DNA of 64,000 nucleotides from an uncultured Acidobacteriota bacterium (GCA_963789135.1 CAWBJJ010000002.1:471736-535735); one strand, 5' to 3'; positions 47,241 through 56,771 are shown, numbered from the stretch's first letter. Notes: generated by a model from the sequence alone, not told the origin. A program made the numbers and translations.

Positions 47241-48288
47241 TCAGGGGCGCCGGGACGCGGCGAGGCGGAAAAGGGCGCGGGCTCCTTCACCCAACTCCTC
47301 GAACCGGTCGTCGCGGGTCTGACCCCGCCGCCAGCGGATGAAGATCTGCTGGAGGACGATTGCCAGCTTCCAGGTCCCGAAGACGACGTACCAGTCGACC
47401 TCCGAGAGGTCGCGGCCCGACCGCTCCCCATAGAGGTCCAGGGCTGCCCGGCGGTCGAGCCAGCCATCGACGTGTGTGGGCATGGGGCTCAGCGCGGATA
47501 CCTCCTCAGCACCCTCATACCACGACGCCATCAGGGTCCCCAGGTCGGCCAGAGGGTCGCCGCGGGTTGCCATGTCCCAGTCGTAGACCGCCACTGCGGT
47601 GCCGGGATCGTCCGCCGCGACCGCCATGTTGTCCAGCCGCCAATCGTTGTGGAGCAGGCTGACCTCGGTCGAAACAGGCAGATTCTCGGTTAGCCATCGG
47701 CCGACCTCCTCGGCGACCGGGTTCACCTCGTCTCGAGCGTGCTCCCAGCGCTCCGACCAGCCCCCGACCTGGCGTTGCAAGAAGTCCTCGGGATGCCCCA
47801 GGTCACCGAGCCCGCAATCGGCAGGGTCCACGGCGTGGAACTCAGCGAGGGTGTCGATCACAACCTCGGAGAGCGCGCGGTTGCTCTCCGTGTCGTTGCC
47901 ACCACCGAACATCTCCGGGATCTCCCCACGCACCACGACGCCTTCCCGTTTCTCCATGAGGAAGAACGGGGAGCCAATCGGGGATCCGGAATCCTCGAAA
48001 GCGATCGCTCGGGGCGCTTTGGGAAAGGCCTGCCAGAGCCGGGACAACACCTTGTACTCGCGGGCCATGTCGTGCGCTCCCGGCGCCACCGGGCCCAGAG
48101 GTGGGCGCCTCAAAACAAGTTCGGTGCCCGTCGGGGAAGGAGAGCAGGTAGGTGAGGTTGGCCTTGCCTCCGGCGTACTGCTCGACCTGCGGGGTGCCAG
48201 CGGGCAACCCGGGCACGCCCTCGATCCAGCCGACCAGGCGATCGAGGTCGAACCCCTCGTCCTCGCGCACCGGGATCAGGTCGCCCAC
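47241..48288 (-). pseudogene. Aminoglycoside-phosphotransferase-fold kinase (APH / acyl-CoA-dehydrogenase-associated type), frame-shifted near 48127-48129
   Basis: N-terminus (VEQYAGGKANLTYLLSFPDG) is in ORF 47842..48423. The rest (TELVLRRPPLGPVAPGAHDMAREYKVL...LLHNDWRLDN...YDWDMAT) is in ORF 47241..48113. The GTG start at 48288 is tentative. Confidence 0.8.
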
Positions 48289-48353
48289 GCGGCGAGCGTA
48301 TCCGACCCATCTCGATGGCGGTATACCCTCAGCCGCCGGCCGGCAAGGAGACC

Positions 48354-50006
48354 ATGAGCACACCATTCGAGATCTCGGACCGCTTGACCGACCAGTGGGC
48401 CGATCTGACGCCAATCGACGCAACTACGGTCGGAGTGGCCGGGAGAGACCACCTCTGGGACGACCTCTCGCCCCTCGGCGAGGCCGCTCGCGCCCACGTG
48501 GCACGTGCCATGATCGAAGAGCTCGCCCCGCACCTGGGCGAGGTGGATGCCCTGCAGGCGACGGCGGCAAAGGTGCTCTCAGGGTGGGCGGAGAAGAAGG
48601 TCGCGCTGTACGAGGAGGGCAAGTGGAAGTACGACATCAATCACGTCTACAGCCCCTTCCAGCGGCTCCGCGACACCTTCGACGTCATGCCCAAGGAAGG
48701 AGCCGAGGCCTGGTCGAACATCGCGGTCCGACTCGAAACCCTCGCCCAACCGGTCGATGGCTACAGGCAGTCCCTTTCCGTCGGTCTCGACGAAGGGATC
48801 ACCGCGGCCCGACGCCAGGTTGAAGCGCTGCTCGAGCAGGTACGAGCGGCCGCGGCCACCGATTCACGATTCGTCGACTTCCCCGGCGAGGCATCGAAGA
48901 GGGGTGGCGACCCTGAGCGCCTGCGAGCAGCTGTGGACGCGGCTCGGGCAGCCTGCTCCGACTTCGGTGACTGGCTCGAGACCGAGTACCTCCCCCGCGC
49001 CACTCCCGAAGACGCGATCGGCGAAGAGCGCTACATCGCCGCTGCCGACAACTACTTGGGCCTCATCATCGATCCTCACGAGACCTACGAGTGGGGGTGG
49101 TCCGAGGTCCACAGGCTTCGCGCCGAGATGCAGGCCACGGCTGCAGCCATCGACGACAGCATGTCCATCGAGGAGGTCATCGAGCTCCTCGACACCGACC
49201 CCGAGCGCTCCTCGGAGGACCATGCCTCTTTCGCCGAATTCGTGCAGGGGATTCAGGACACGGCCGTCAGTCAGCTGAATGGGACCCATTTCGACGTGCC
49301 GGCGCAATTGAGGACGGTCACCGTCAACATCGCACCACCGGGAGGCAGTCTCGGGGCCTGGTATCACGGACCCTCCGAGGACTTTTCCCGTCCCGGCTCT
49401 ATCTGGTACGCCCCCGGGGAGCGGGTCAGGATCCCGTACTGGGGCGAAGTCACCACCGCCTATCACGAGGGGTTCCCCGGACACCATCTCCAGGTCGGGA
49501 TCGCCCAGATCAACAGGGAGCGCATCTCACGGTTCCAACGCATGTTCATCTGGTACTCCGGAGCCGGTGAGGGCTGGGCCCTGTATGCGGAGAGACTCAT
49601 GGACGAGCTCGGCTACTTCGAGAAGCCCGAGTACCGGCTCGGACTGATCGCCAGCCAGCTCTTCCGGTCGGTCCGGGTCGTCCTCGACATCGGGGTACAG
49701 CTCGGGCTGGCGATACCTGAAGACGCACCATTGCACGCAGGCGAAACGTGGAGTTACGGGCCGGCGGTCGACTACATCGAGAAGATCGGCTACCAGGCCC
49801 GTGACATGGCCGAGTCGGAGGTGAAGCGCTACCTCGGGTGGTACGGGCAGGCGATCTCATACAAGGTCGGGGAGAGAGAGATCCTCGATATTCGGGATGA
49901 CACCATGGCCCGGCTGGGCGACGCCTTCGATCGGAAGGAATTCCATCGACGGATGCTGGAAGCCGGCGCGATCCGGCTCGACCACCTCCGTGAGGCGATG
50001 GCTTGA
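48354..50006 (+). CDS. DUF885-family protein (metallopeptidase-like)
   Basis: About 550 aa with YHEGFPGHHLQ and the C-terminal FHRRMLEAGAIRLDHL typical of DUF885. Confidence 0.8.
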   Translation: MSTPFEISDRLTDQWADLTPIDATTVGVAGRDHLWDDLSPLGEAARAHVARAMIEELAPHLGEVDALQATAAKVLSGWAEKKVALYEEGKWKYDINHVYSPFQRLRDTFDVMPKEGAEAWSNIAVRLETLAQPVDGYRQSLSVGLDEGITAARRQVEALLEQVRAAAATDSRFVDFPGEASKRGGDPERLRAAVDAARAACSDFGDWLETEYLPRATPEDAIGEERYIAAADNYLGLIIDPHETYEWGWSEVHRLRAEMQATAAAIDDSMSIEEVIELLDTDPERSSEDHASFAEFVQGIQDTAVSQLNGTHFDVPAQLRTVTVNIAPPGGSLGAWYHGPSEDFSRPGSIWYAPGERVRIPYWGEVTTAYHEGFPGHHLQVGIAQINRERISRFQRMFIWYSGAGEGWALYAERLMDELGYFEKPEYRLGLIASQLFRSVRVVLDIGVQLGLAIPEDAPLHAGETWSYGPAVDYIEKIGYQARDMAESEVKRYLGWYGQAISYKVGEREILDIRDDTMARLGDAFDRKEFHRRMLEAGAIRLDHLREAMA

Positions 50007-50611
50007 TCAAGAGGTCATTCGACCTGGCGACAGCCGAGCCCAACGACAGCTACAAGCTCCTGTCAGGCCTGGTGATCCCGCGGCCCATCGGCTGGATCGG
50101 CACCCGACGGAGCGACGGCAGCTTCAACCTGGCGCCGTTCTCGTTCTTCAATGCCGTGTCGGGCGACCCGCCGGTAGTGCTCTTCTCTGCTGGCAGACAC
50201 CGAGACCGACCGAAGGACTCGGCGACCAATGCGGAAGAGTCCGGGGTATTCACCGTCAACGTCGTGTCGGAGGAGCTGGCGCCGGCCATGAGCCTGACCT
50301 CGGCGAGCTATGGCCCCGACGAGGACGAGTTCGCCATCGCCGGGCTCACCCCGGTGCTCGGGGTGGCGGTGGACGCGCCGATGGTCGCGGAGTCGCCGGC
50401 CAACCTCGAGTGCCGGGTGATCGAGGTCATCGAGGTCGAGCGCGCCGAAGGTACGAGGATCGTTCTCGGCGAGGTGGTGATGATTCACGTCCGTGAGGAC
50501 GCTCTCGACGGGACCCGAATTCTTCCCGACGCGATCCAGGCGATAGGCAGGCTCGCCGGCAGCGGCTACGTCACTACCCGCGATCGCTTCGAGCTCGATC
50601 GGCCGGGTTGA
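50003..50611 (+). CDS. Flavin reductase-like (FMN-binding split-barrel) protein
   Basis: PRPIGWIGT...NLAPFSFFNAVS..PPVV. TTG in a TTGA overlap. Confidence 0.8.
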   Translation: MIKRSFDLATAEPNDSYKLLSGLVIPRPIGWIGTRRSDGSFNLAPFSFFNAVSGDPPVVLFSAGRHRDRPKDSATNAEESGVFTVNVVSEELAPAMSLTSASYGPDEDEFAIAGLTPVLGVAVDAPMVAESPANLECRVIEVIEVERAEGTRIVLGEVVMIHVREDALDGTRILPDAIQAIGRLAGSGYVTTRDRFELDRPG

Positions 50612-50615
50612 GCGG

Positions 50616-51785
50616 CTAGTTGCATCCGTTGGCGACCAGAGTGGGATAGGGGTTGACCGTCAGCCCACCGACGTTCATCCCGAAGTGAAGATGGGGGTGG
50701 GTACCTTCGGCGTTGCCCGTGGTGCCGACGTAACCGATCACGTCGCCTGCACTCACCTTCCCGCCCTTTCCGGTCTCGTCGAGATGGCTCCCGACGTACT
50801 CCACACCGTCGCTGCCGGTGAGGTTGAACTGCTTGCCACCGAGGGTCCCGGTCTTGAACTTGACCGTGCCGGACACCGGGGCGCGGATCTCGGCCCGATT
50901 GGCGGCGAAGAGGTCGTTGCCTTCGTGATAGCGGGACCCTCCGTCACGAGGGAAGCCCCAGTCGTTGAAGAAGCTGGCGTCGGCCACGGGGCATACCCAG
51001 CTGCTGCCACCTCCGGGCACCGTCAGCTTCTGGCCCGATCGGATCAGGTTGACGTTGCCAATCCCGTTGTTGGAGGCGAGCTTGCCGACCGAGGTGCCGT
51101 ACTTCGCCGCGATGTCGACGAGGCGGTCGCCGCGTTGCACTGTGTAACTGCCCGAGCCACCCCCCGATCCCTTGGCGACGAAAGCAGGGCCGTCGAGGTA
51201 GAGCCGGGTCCCGGTGTAGACCCGACCGTTCGTGATCCCATTGGCGGCAACGAGGTCATCGACACTCACGCCTTTGTAGAGGTCGGCGATCGACTCCAAG
51301 GATTGTCCCCGCTCGACGACGTGGAAGCGCCCGGAGCGCGTGTACTTGCCGCTTCCCTGGCTGCCAGAGGCGCCCGAACTGCCGGAATCCCCGCCCGAGC
51401 CGCGGGAACCGCCACTGCCCCCACCGCCGGGGATGACCAGCTTTTGACCGGGGAAGATCAGATTGGGATTGGAGAGCTTGTTCGCCTTGGCCAGGGCTCC
51501 GGCGCCGGTCCCGTACTTCGACGCGATTCGATACAGGGATTCACCTTTGGCAACCGTGTGGATGACGTCCTTGGCGGGGATGAACAGGACCTGGCCGGGG
51601 TGGATGAGATCGGGGTTCTTGATCTTGTTGGCGGCGACGATATCGGCAAGGGAGGCGTCGTGGTCACGGGCTATCTCGCTCAGGGTATCGCCCGGTTTCA
51701 CCGTGTAATCAACGGAGAAAATCGATATTACGAGGATGAGACCCGTGGCAATTGCGACAGCACGGGCACGACGATCGACCGGCAT
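50616..51785 (-). CDS. Four LysM repeats plus a C-terminal M23 peptidase domain
   Basis: Four LysM units ([52 protein letters not shown]), Gly/Ser linkers, and M23 ([24 protein letters not shown]). Confidence 0.9.
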   Translation of the reverse strand: MPVDRRARAVAIATGLILVISIFSVDYTVKPGDTLSEIARDHDASLADIVAANKIKNPDLIHPGQVLFIPAKDVIHTVAKGESLYRIASKYGTGAGALAKANKLSNPNLIFPGQKLVIPGGGGSGGSRGSGGDSGSSGASGSQGSGKYTRSGRFHVVERGQSLESIADLYKGVSVDDLVAANGITNGRVYTGTRLYLDGPAFVAKGSGGGSGSYTVQRGDRLVDIAAKYGTSVGKLASNNGIGNVNLIRSGQKLTVPGGGSSWVCPVADASFFNDWGFPRDGGSRYHEGNDLFAANRAEIRAPVSGTVKFKTGTLGGKQFNLTGSDGVEYVGSHLDETGKGGKVSAGDVIGYVGTTGNAEGTHPHLHFGMNVGGLTVNPYPTLVANGCN

Positions 51786-51833
51786 GAAGGCTCAGCTCCT
51801 TCAGCCCCTGAAACCACTCCGCGAAAATGAAGC

Positions 51834-52874
51834 CTAACCCCGGAGGCCGGGTTTGCCAGAAAAAACTCGGAGCTGGCCACATGCTGCGTCGATTTCCCGG
51901 CCTCTCGTGTCCCGGATCGTGACGTTCACACCTGAATTCCTCAGGGCGGACGCGAAAGCATCGATTTGTGATCGCGGCGAGGCCTGGTCCGCGGTGAGGG
52001 GCGTCGGATTGAGGGCGATCAGGTTGACGTGGGCACGGAGGCGCTTGGCGATCGGCGCCAATTTCCGGGCCTGATCCAGGGTGTCGTTGACGCCGTCGAT
52101 CATGGTCCACTCGATCGACAGCCGGCGACGCTTCTTCTCGACGTAACCGGCTGCGGCTGCCTCGAGCGCCTCGAGCGGGTATCTGCGGTTGATCGGCACC
52201 AGCCGGCTCCGCAGTTCGTCGTCGGCCGCATGGAGGCTGATAGCGAGGTAGACCGGCCAGGGCTCATCGGCTAGCCGGTTGATTCCCGGCACAATCCCCA
52301 CCGTGGACACGGTTAGGGCCCTCGCCGAGATCCCCATCACTTCGATGATGCGACGGATCGCCTCCCTAACCCGGTCGTAGTTGGCCAGGGGCTCACCCAT
52401 TCCCATGAAGACGATATTGGTCAGATGGTCGGGTGTCCCCGGCATCCCGATCTGGCGCAGGAAGGCCTGGGCATATGCGACCTGGGCGACGATCTCACCG
52501 GCCTCCAGGTGCCGCTCGAAACCGAATTGCCCGGTTGCGCAGAAGGTGCATCCGAGCGCACAACCCGCCTGGCTGGAGATGCACAAGGTCGCTCGGCGGG
52601 GATAGCCCATGAGAACGGCTTCGATGGCCGCGCCATCCGGAGCCCGAAACAGCCACTTGCGGGTTCGCCCCCCGTCGGCCGACTGTTCGATCTCGACTTC
52701 GAAAGGCCAGAGAGCCTGCAGGCGTTCCCTCACCTGCCCGGGGAGGTTGGTCATGTCCTGTGCATGGAGCACCGGGCTTCGATATAGCCAGTCCCTCAGT
52801 TGGTCGACTCGGTAGGCGGGCTGGCCCTCCAGGAGCTCGCCCAGCGCCTCCGGAGCCTGCAGATATGGCACCAC
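51834..52874 (-). CDS. rlmN: 23S rRNA/tRNA (adenine-C2)-methyltransferase, radical SAM
   Basis: CISSQAGCALGCTFCATG, GMGEPLANY and CGQL. GTG start. Confidence 0.9.
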   Translation of the reverse strand: MVPYLQAPEALGELLEGQPAYRVDQLRDWLYRSPVLHAQDMTNLPGQVRERLQALWPFEVEIEQSADGGRTRKWLFRAPDGAAIEAVLMGYPRRATLCISSQAGCALGCTFCATGQFGFERHLEAGEIVAQVAYAQAFLRQIGMPGTPDHLTNIVFMGMGEPLANYDRVREAIRRIIEVMGISARALTVSTVGIVPGINRLADEPWPVYLAISLHAADDELRSRLVPINRRYPLEALEAAAAGYVEKKRRRLSIEWTMIDGVNDTLDQARKLAPIAKRLRAHVNLIALNPTPLTADQASPRSQIDAFASALRNSGVNVTIRDTRGREIDAACGQLRVFSGKPGLRG

Positions 52875-53196
52875 TCAGTCGATGGCTCCGGGCTTGCTCG
52901 ATCCAGGATCGGGCGCGCGCTCCGCTGACTCCGGCCGCCTCGGCGACCTTGTCGGGGGAGGCAGCGGCCAGCTTGGTAGGACTGTCGATGCCGGCCGACT
53001 TGAGCCTTCCGGCGAAGACCGGGCCGATCCCATCGATCACGTCGATACCGGCCGATTTCGGTCCTCCACCGGTGGTGCGGAACGTGGGCGGCTCGGGCTC
53101 ACGCGATGTGGCGACCGAGATGAAGCGGTCGCGCATCGCCCAAACGATGGCAGCCAGCCCACCGACCACCCCCACGATCTTGGCCAGTCGCTTCAT
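52875..53196 (-). CDS. Small membrane-anchored helix-hairpin-helix protein (C-terminus uncertain)
   Basis: TM helix (IVGVVGGLAAIVWA), then HhH-like GIGPVFAGRLKSAGIDSPTKLAAASPDKVAEAAGVS. As sequenced, the frame stays open to 52495 across rlmN. A TGA at 52875-52877 in the adjacent frame abuts the rlmN GTG. Confidence 0.4.
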
Positions 53197-53242
53197 GGCT
53201 GCCCAGGGTACCCATCGGGGTGCAGGTCTACGCTGGCGAGCC

Positions 53243-54259
53243 ATGAAGGTCGACTTCTACTTCCCCCCTTCACCGCCGGAAGGTGCTCGCGTCGCCGCCG
53301 AGGATGCCGCTTCCGCGGGCTATGACGGGTTCTTCAGTGCCGAGACTCAATACGACCCCTTCTTCCCGTTGCTGGTCGCCGCAGGCGCCGCTCCTGGCCT
53401 GGAACTGGGCACCGCAATCGCGGTTGCGTTCCCCCGATCGCCGATGGTCACTGCGATGACGTCGTGGGACCTGGCCCGTGCCTCCGGCGGAAAGTTCATC
53501 CTCGGACTCGGGACCCAGGTTCGGGCACACATAGTTCGCAGGTTCGCCGCTACCTGGGATCGGCCTGGCCCCAGGCTCCGCGACTACATCGCCGCCCTCC
53601 GCTCCATCTGGGGCTCCTGGCAGACATCGACCCCGCTCCAGCATCAGGGTGAGTTCTATCAGTTGAGCCTGATGACCCCCTTCTTCGACCCCGGGCCGAT
53701 CCCTGAGCCGGAGATTCCGATCTACATCGCCGGGGTGGGGCCCTATCTGAGCCGCCTTGCCGGGGAGGTGGGTGACGGATTCCACGTGCATCCCTTCCAC
53801 ACCGTCCGGTACCTGGATCAGGTCGTGCTCCCCGGGATCGCCCGTGGCGCGCAGGTCGCTGGCCGCCGCTCCGAGGACGTGGCGAGGGCGACGACCGTGT
53901 TCGTCATGACCGGCGCCACCGATGAGGAGATCGAGGCCGCGATGGAGCCGGTGCGCCAACAGATCGCCTTCTACGCCTCGACACCCTCGTACCGCCCGGT
54001 GCTCGAGGCCAACGATTGGGATTTCGGTGATCAGCTGACCGCAATGTCGAAGCGGGGTCAATGGGCAGAGATGGCGCGCGTGGTCCCCGACGAAGTGGTT
54101 CTCACAGTCGGCGTCGCAGCCCCGATAGACGCACTCGGACAGGCGATCCGGGACCGTTACGGTGACCGGGTGCAGCGGATCGGCTTTTACACGATTGGAT
54201 CGATGGTCGGCGCCAACCCCGATGCCACCCGTCAGGTGATCCAGCAGATCAAGGGCTGA
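53243..54259 (+). CDS. Luciferase-like (LLM-class) F420-dependent oxidoreductase
   Basis: MKVDFYF...GYDGFFSAETQYDPFFPL...LGTAIAVAFPRSPM...GKFILGLG. ATG at 53243. The track ORF 52760..54259 is over-extended. Confidence 0.8.
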   Translation: MKVDFYFPPSPPEGARVAAEDAASAGYDGFFSAETQYDPFFPLLVAAGAAPGLELGTAIAVAFPRSPMVTAMTSWDLARASGGKFILGLGTQVRAHIVRRFAATWDRPGPRLRDYIAALRSIWGSWQTSTPLQHQGEFYQLSLMTPFFDPGPIPEPEIPIYIAGVGPYLSRLAGEVGDGFHVHPFHTVRYLDQVVLPGIARGAQVAGRRSEDVARATTVFVMTGATDEEIEAAMEPVRQQIAFYASTPSYRPVLEANDWDFGDQLTAMSKRGQWAEMARVVPDEVVLTVGVAAPIDALGQAIRDRYGDRVQRIGFYTIGSMVGANPDATRQVIQQIKG

Positions 54260-54262
54260 CCT

Positions 54263-55810
54263 TCAGATCACCACGGTGCTGGTGGTGTCGACCCGGGGGT
54301 CGCGTTGCGTGGCTCGGTGGTCTCCGTCGACCTCGATGATCGATACCGGGCCCCACCCGGCCTGGGGGCCGGGTCGCAATTCGATCCGGTGCCCGAGCGA
54401 GGTCAGGGTCTCGGTGACGTCTGATCCCAATCCCGGCTCCAGTTGCAACCTCGACTCAGAGAACGGCCCGAACTCCTCGATGGTCCACCTCGGGGCGGCC
54501 TGCGCCACCTCGATGTCCTGGCCTGCGATCACCACCCTTGCCGCCATCTGGGCCACGAGTTGTGGTTGCAACGCGCCGCCTCTTGTCCCCAGGACCCAGC
54601 GTGTCGAAGCTCCCAACGTCCACAGGGTGGGAGAGAGGGTATGTAGCGGCCGCTTACCCGGGAGCAGCTCGTTGGGATGGCCCGGCATGAGGTTGAACCC
54701 GGCTCCTCGATTCTGGAGGAGGAACCCGCTACTTCGGGCGCCGAAAGCCGAGCCGAGGCCGTAGTAGTTCGATTGGATGAGTGAAACCGCCATGCCCTCG
54801 TCGTCCACGACGCACAGGTATGCGGTCCCTGAGGCCCGGCCCATTTCCCGGGGCCAGGTCCCGGTCCGTTGGCGGTCGACGGAGGCGGCAACCCGTTGCA
54901 GCCGCTCGGGATCGAGCAGGAGCTCCTCGGGGAGCGGCGCGTGTGACGGGTCCGCGACCAGATCATCGCGTTCCCAGGCGACGGAGCGGAAGGACTCGAT
55001 GAGCAGATGCCACCAATTGGGATCTTCGGGGTCGTCGGGAGGGCCAAGCATCTCGAAAACGGCGAGGGCCGCCGGCGCCAGGTATCCCTGTGAATTAGGG
55101 GGGATGGTCCAGGCCGAGAGCCCGGCAACGAGGCCTGCGATCGGTGTGATCCAATCGGCGTGAGGCCGGGCCAGGTCGTCGCGGGTCACTGCTCCGCCCA
55201 GCTCTTCGACGATGTCATCGGCCGCCTGACCCCGGTAGAAAGCGTCCCGGCCGCCCTGGGCGATCCCTTCGAGGGTCCTTGCCAGCCGGGCTCGCCGAAC
55301 CACCTGGCCCGGGGTCACCGGCTGCCCTCCGGGGTAGAACTCCTCGACCGCGGGATGGTCGAGGTACATGGTCATGGTCTTCCGGAAGGCCGATGCCTGC
55401 TCGTTGGAGACCTCGAACCCGGACGAGGCGTGGTCGATCGCCGGGGCCAGGCAGGCAGCGAGGTCAAGGAGCCCGAGTTCCGTCGAGAGCTCGGCCCAAC
55501 CGTCGACACACCCGGGCACGGTCACACAAAGCGGGTGATCCTGGGGGATCCCGCCTCCGGCTTCGCGCAATGCTTTCGGGTCGGCGTTGGAGCCCGACCT
55601 TCCCGACGCATTGATCGCCCTCGGCACGGACCAACCCGGTCGGTGGACGAGGGCGAACAGGTCACCGCCGACCCCGCAAGTTTCCGGAGCAACAACACCT
55701 TGGGTTGCGATGGCGGCGATGGCTGCATCGACGGCGTTGCCCCCCTCGCGCAGGATGATCTCAGCCGCTCCAGTGGAGAGGTAGTGCGGGGTGGAGACGG
55801 CGCTGGTCAG
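54263..55810 (-). CDS. ggt: Gamma-glutamyltransferase-family protein; the conserved N-terminus has no canonical start codon
   Basis: The track ORF starts at GTG 55627. The same frame upstream encodes TSAVSTPHYLSTGAAEIILREGGNAVDAAIAAIATQGVVAPETCGVGGDLFAL. The only initiator-like codon is CTG 55810-55808. A nucleophile-Thr region is present (GTAYLCVVDDEG). Confidence 0.8.
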   Translation of the reverse strand: MTSAVSTPHYLSTGAAEIILREGGNAVDAAIAAIATQGVVAPETCGVGGDLFALVHRPGWSVPRAINASGRSGSNADPKALREAGGGIPQDHPLCVTVPGCVDGWAELSTELGLLDLAACLAPAIDHASSGFEVSNEQASAFRKTMTMYLDHPAVEEFYPGGQPVTPGQVVRRARLARTLEGIAQGGRDAFYRGQAADDIVEELGGAVTRDDLARPHADWITPIAGLVAGLSAWTIPPNSQGYLAPAALAVFEMLGPPDDPEDPNWWHLLIESFRSVAWERDDLVADPSHAPLPEELLLDPERLQRVAASVDRQRTGTWPREMGRASGTAYLCVVDDEGMAVSLIQSNYYGLGSAFGARSSGFLLQNRGAGFNLMPGHPNELLPGKRPLHTLSPTLWTLGASTRWVLGTRGGALQPQLVAQMAARVVIAGQDIEVAQAAPRWTIEEFGPFSESRLQLEPGLGSDVTETLTSLGHRIELRPGPQAGWGPVSIIEVDGDHRATQRDPRVDTTSTVVI

Positions 55811-56427
55811 GAGACTTTGAGGTCGGGCAGGAACCGATTGAGGGCGTCGAGGACTGCTCGCACAACGGCCCGGGACTCCTCGTCCTCGACGTACGCGCAG
55901 CCGATCAGCATCCGCTCGGTCGCCGCGGTCACTACCACCACCTGGGCGATTGCGACCTTTCGGTTCCCGAGGAGGGGCACGTCCATCGAGGAGACCGCCA
56001 GGGCGGCTTCCTTGTGGATTCCCTGGCGCACGGCTTCCAGCGTCGCCTCTGCGATCTGGCGGGACCGGGTCGACGAGGCAGCAGCGCCCCGCGCCGATCC
56101 GGTGAGGATTTGATCGTTCCAGCGAAGGCTCACCGAGACCTCGGCCCGGGATCCGTCGAGGGTCTCGGCCACATCGACCAGGGCGGGGCGAAGCCCGCCT
56201 TCGAGGTCTGAATCGGAGAGTTGGACCACCGAAACCAGGCGGCGGTCTATCTCCTCACCAAAGAGCGCCTGGCTCAGCGACTGCACATCGCGAACCACTT
56301 GTTTGGGCGCTTTGGTGCGCCTCGCCAGCACGTGGATCTCGGAAATCTGCCCGTTCCCGGTCACCACTCGTGCCGCTTCCACACCCTCGATCCGACCGAT
56401 CTTCTCCTGGAATGCGACGACGTCCAT
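55807..56427 (-). CDS. Hypothetical two-domain protein
   Basis: 206 aa with a clean ATG start and protein-like composition. No family recognised. Confidence 0.55.
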   Translation of the reverse strand: MDVVAFQEKIGRIEGVEAARVVTGNGQISEIHVLARRTKAPKQVVRDVQSLSQALFGEEIDRRLVSVVQLSDSDLEGGLRPALVDVAETLDGSRAEVSVSLRWNDQILTGSARGAAASSTRSRQIAEATLEAVRQGIHKEAALAVSSMDVPLLGNRKVAIAQVVVVTAATERMLIGCAYVEDEESRAVVRAVLDALNRFLPDLKVS

Positions 56428-56623
56428 ACCGAGTCAGCGTACATCCGACCCATCGAGCCCGCTGGAAGTTCGAGGGCTGCCCCTTGTTCAGCAAGGAGAC
56501 CAGGTCTAGATTGCGGGCCGCTGGAGCTATTCGTGGGAGACGTGGGGCAGCCGAGGTCTTTGACTTCTCTGCCTCGGCCCGTAGCGGGCGAAGTCAGGGG
56601 CCTTTTTGCTTGACATGTGAAGA

Positions 56624-56645
56624 GTTCCCGCATTTATGCGGGAAC
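56624..56645. promoter_or_regulatory. Perfect 9-bp inverted repeat GTTCCCGCA-TTTA-TGCGGGAAC, 8 nt downstream of a TTGACA hexamer (56610-56615)
   Basis: Read directly. It lies in a locally AT-richer intergenic region. Confidence 0.4.
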
Positions 56646-56771
56646 CGGGTGAGACCGGCGTCGAACGTCGGCCTTAACAGCAATTGGACGCCATCTACCC
56701 CAGCGGAGCGGAACGTATGCGTCGGCACACAATGCCGGCCAAATACAAAAACCGAAGGTGAGCGTCACAGC

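Noticed and set aside
51330-51440. Repetitive GGC/AGC-rich stretch that looks like a tandem repeat
   Set aside because: It encodes the Gly/Ser linker ([27 protein letters not shown]) of the LysM-M23 protein. This is low-complexity coding sequence, not a repeat element or CRISPR.
50685-51830. 381-aa plus-strand ORF
   Set aside because: It is antisense to the LysM-M23 peptidase gene.
51786-51833. A c-di-AMP (ydaO) riboswitch upstream of the LysM-M23 peptidase, or upstream of the M23 gene at 29130-29232
   Set aside because: The spacers are only 48 and 103 nt, and I could not find the conserved ydaO core elements.
55735-55750. A suspected frameshift in the GGT-family gene at the C/G homopolymer
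   Set aside because: On recounting, the run is six bases long (55740-55745). REGGNAVDAA reads straight through in one frame. The real anomaly is the missing canonical start codon, not an indel.
55160-56113. 317-aa plus-strand ORF
   Set aside because: It is antisense to the GGT-family gene and the 206-aa hypothetical gene.
56640-56770. A c-di-GMP (GEMM-I/II) riboswitch upstream of the HD-GYP gene
   Set aside because: No GGCAAACC...GGGACGCAAAGCC-type core is present. Only the inverted repeat and the micro-ORF are reported.
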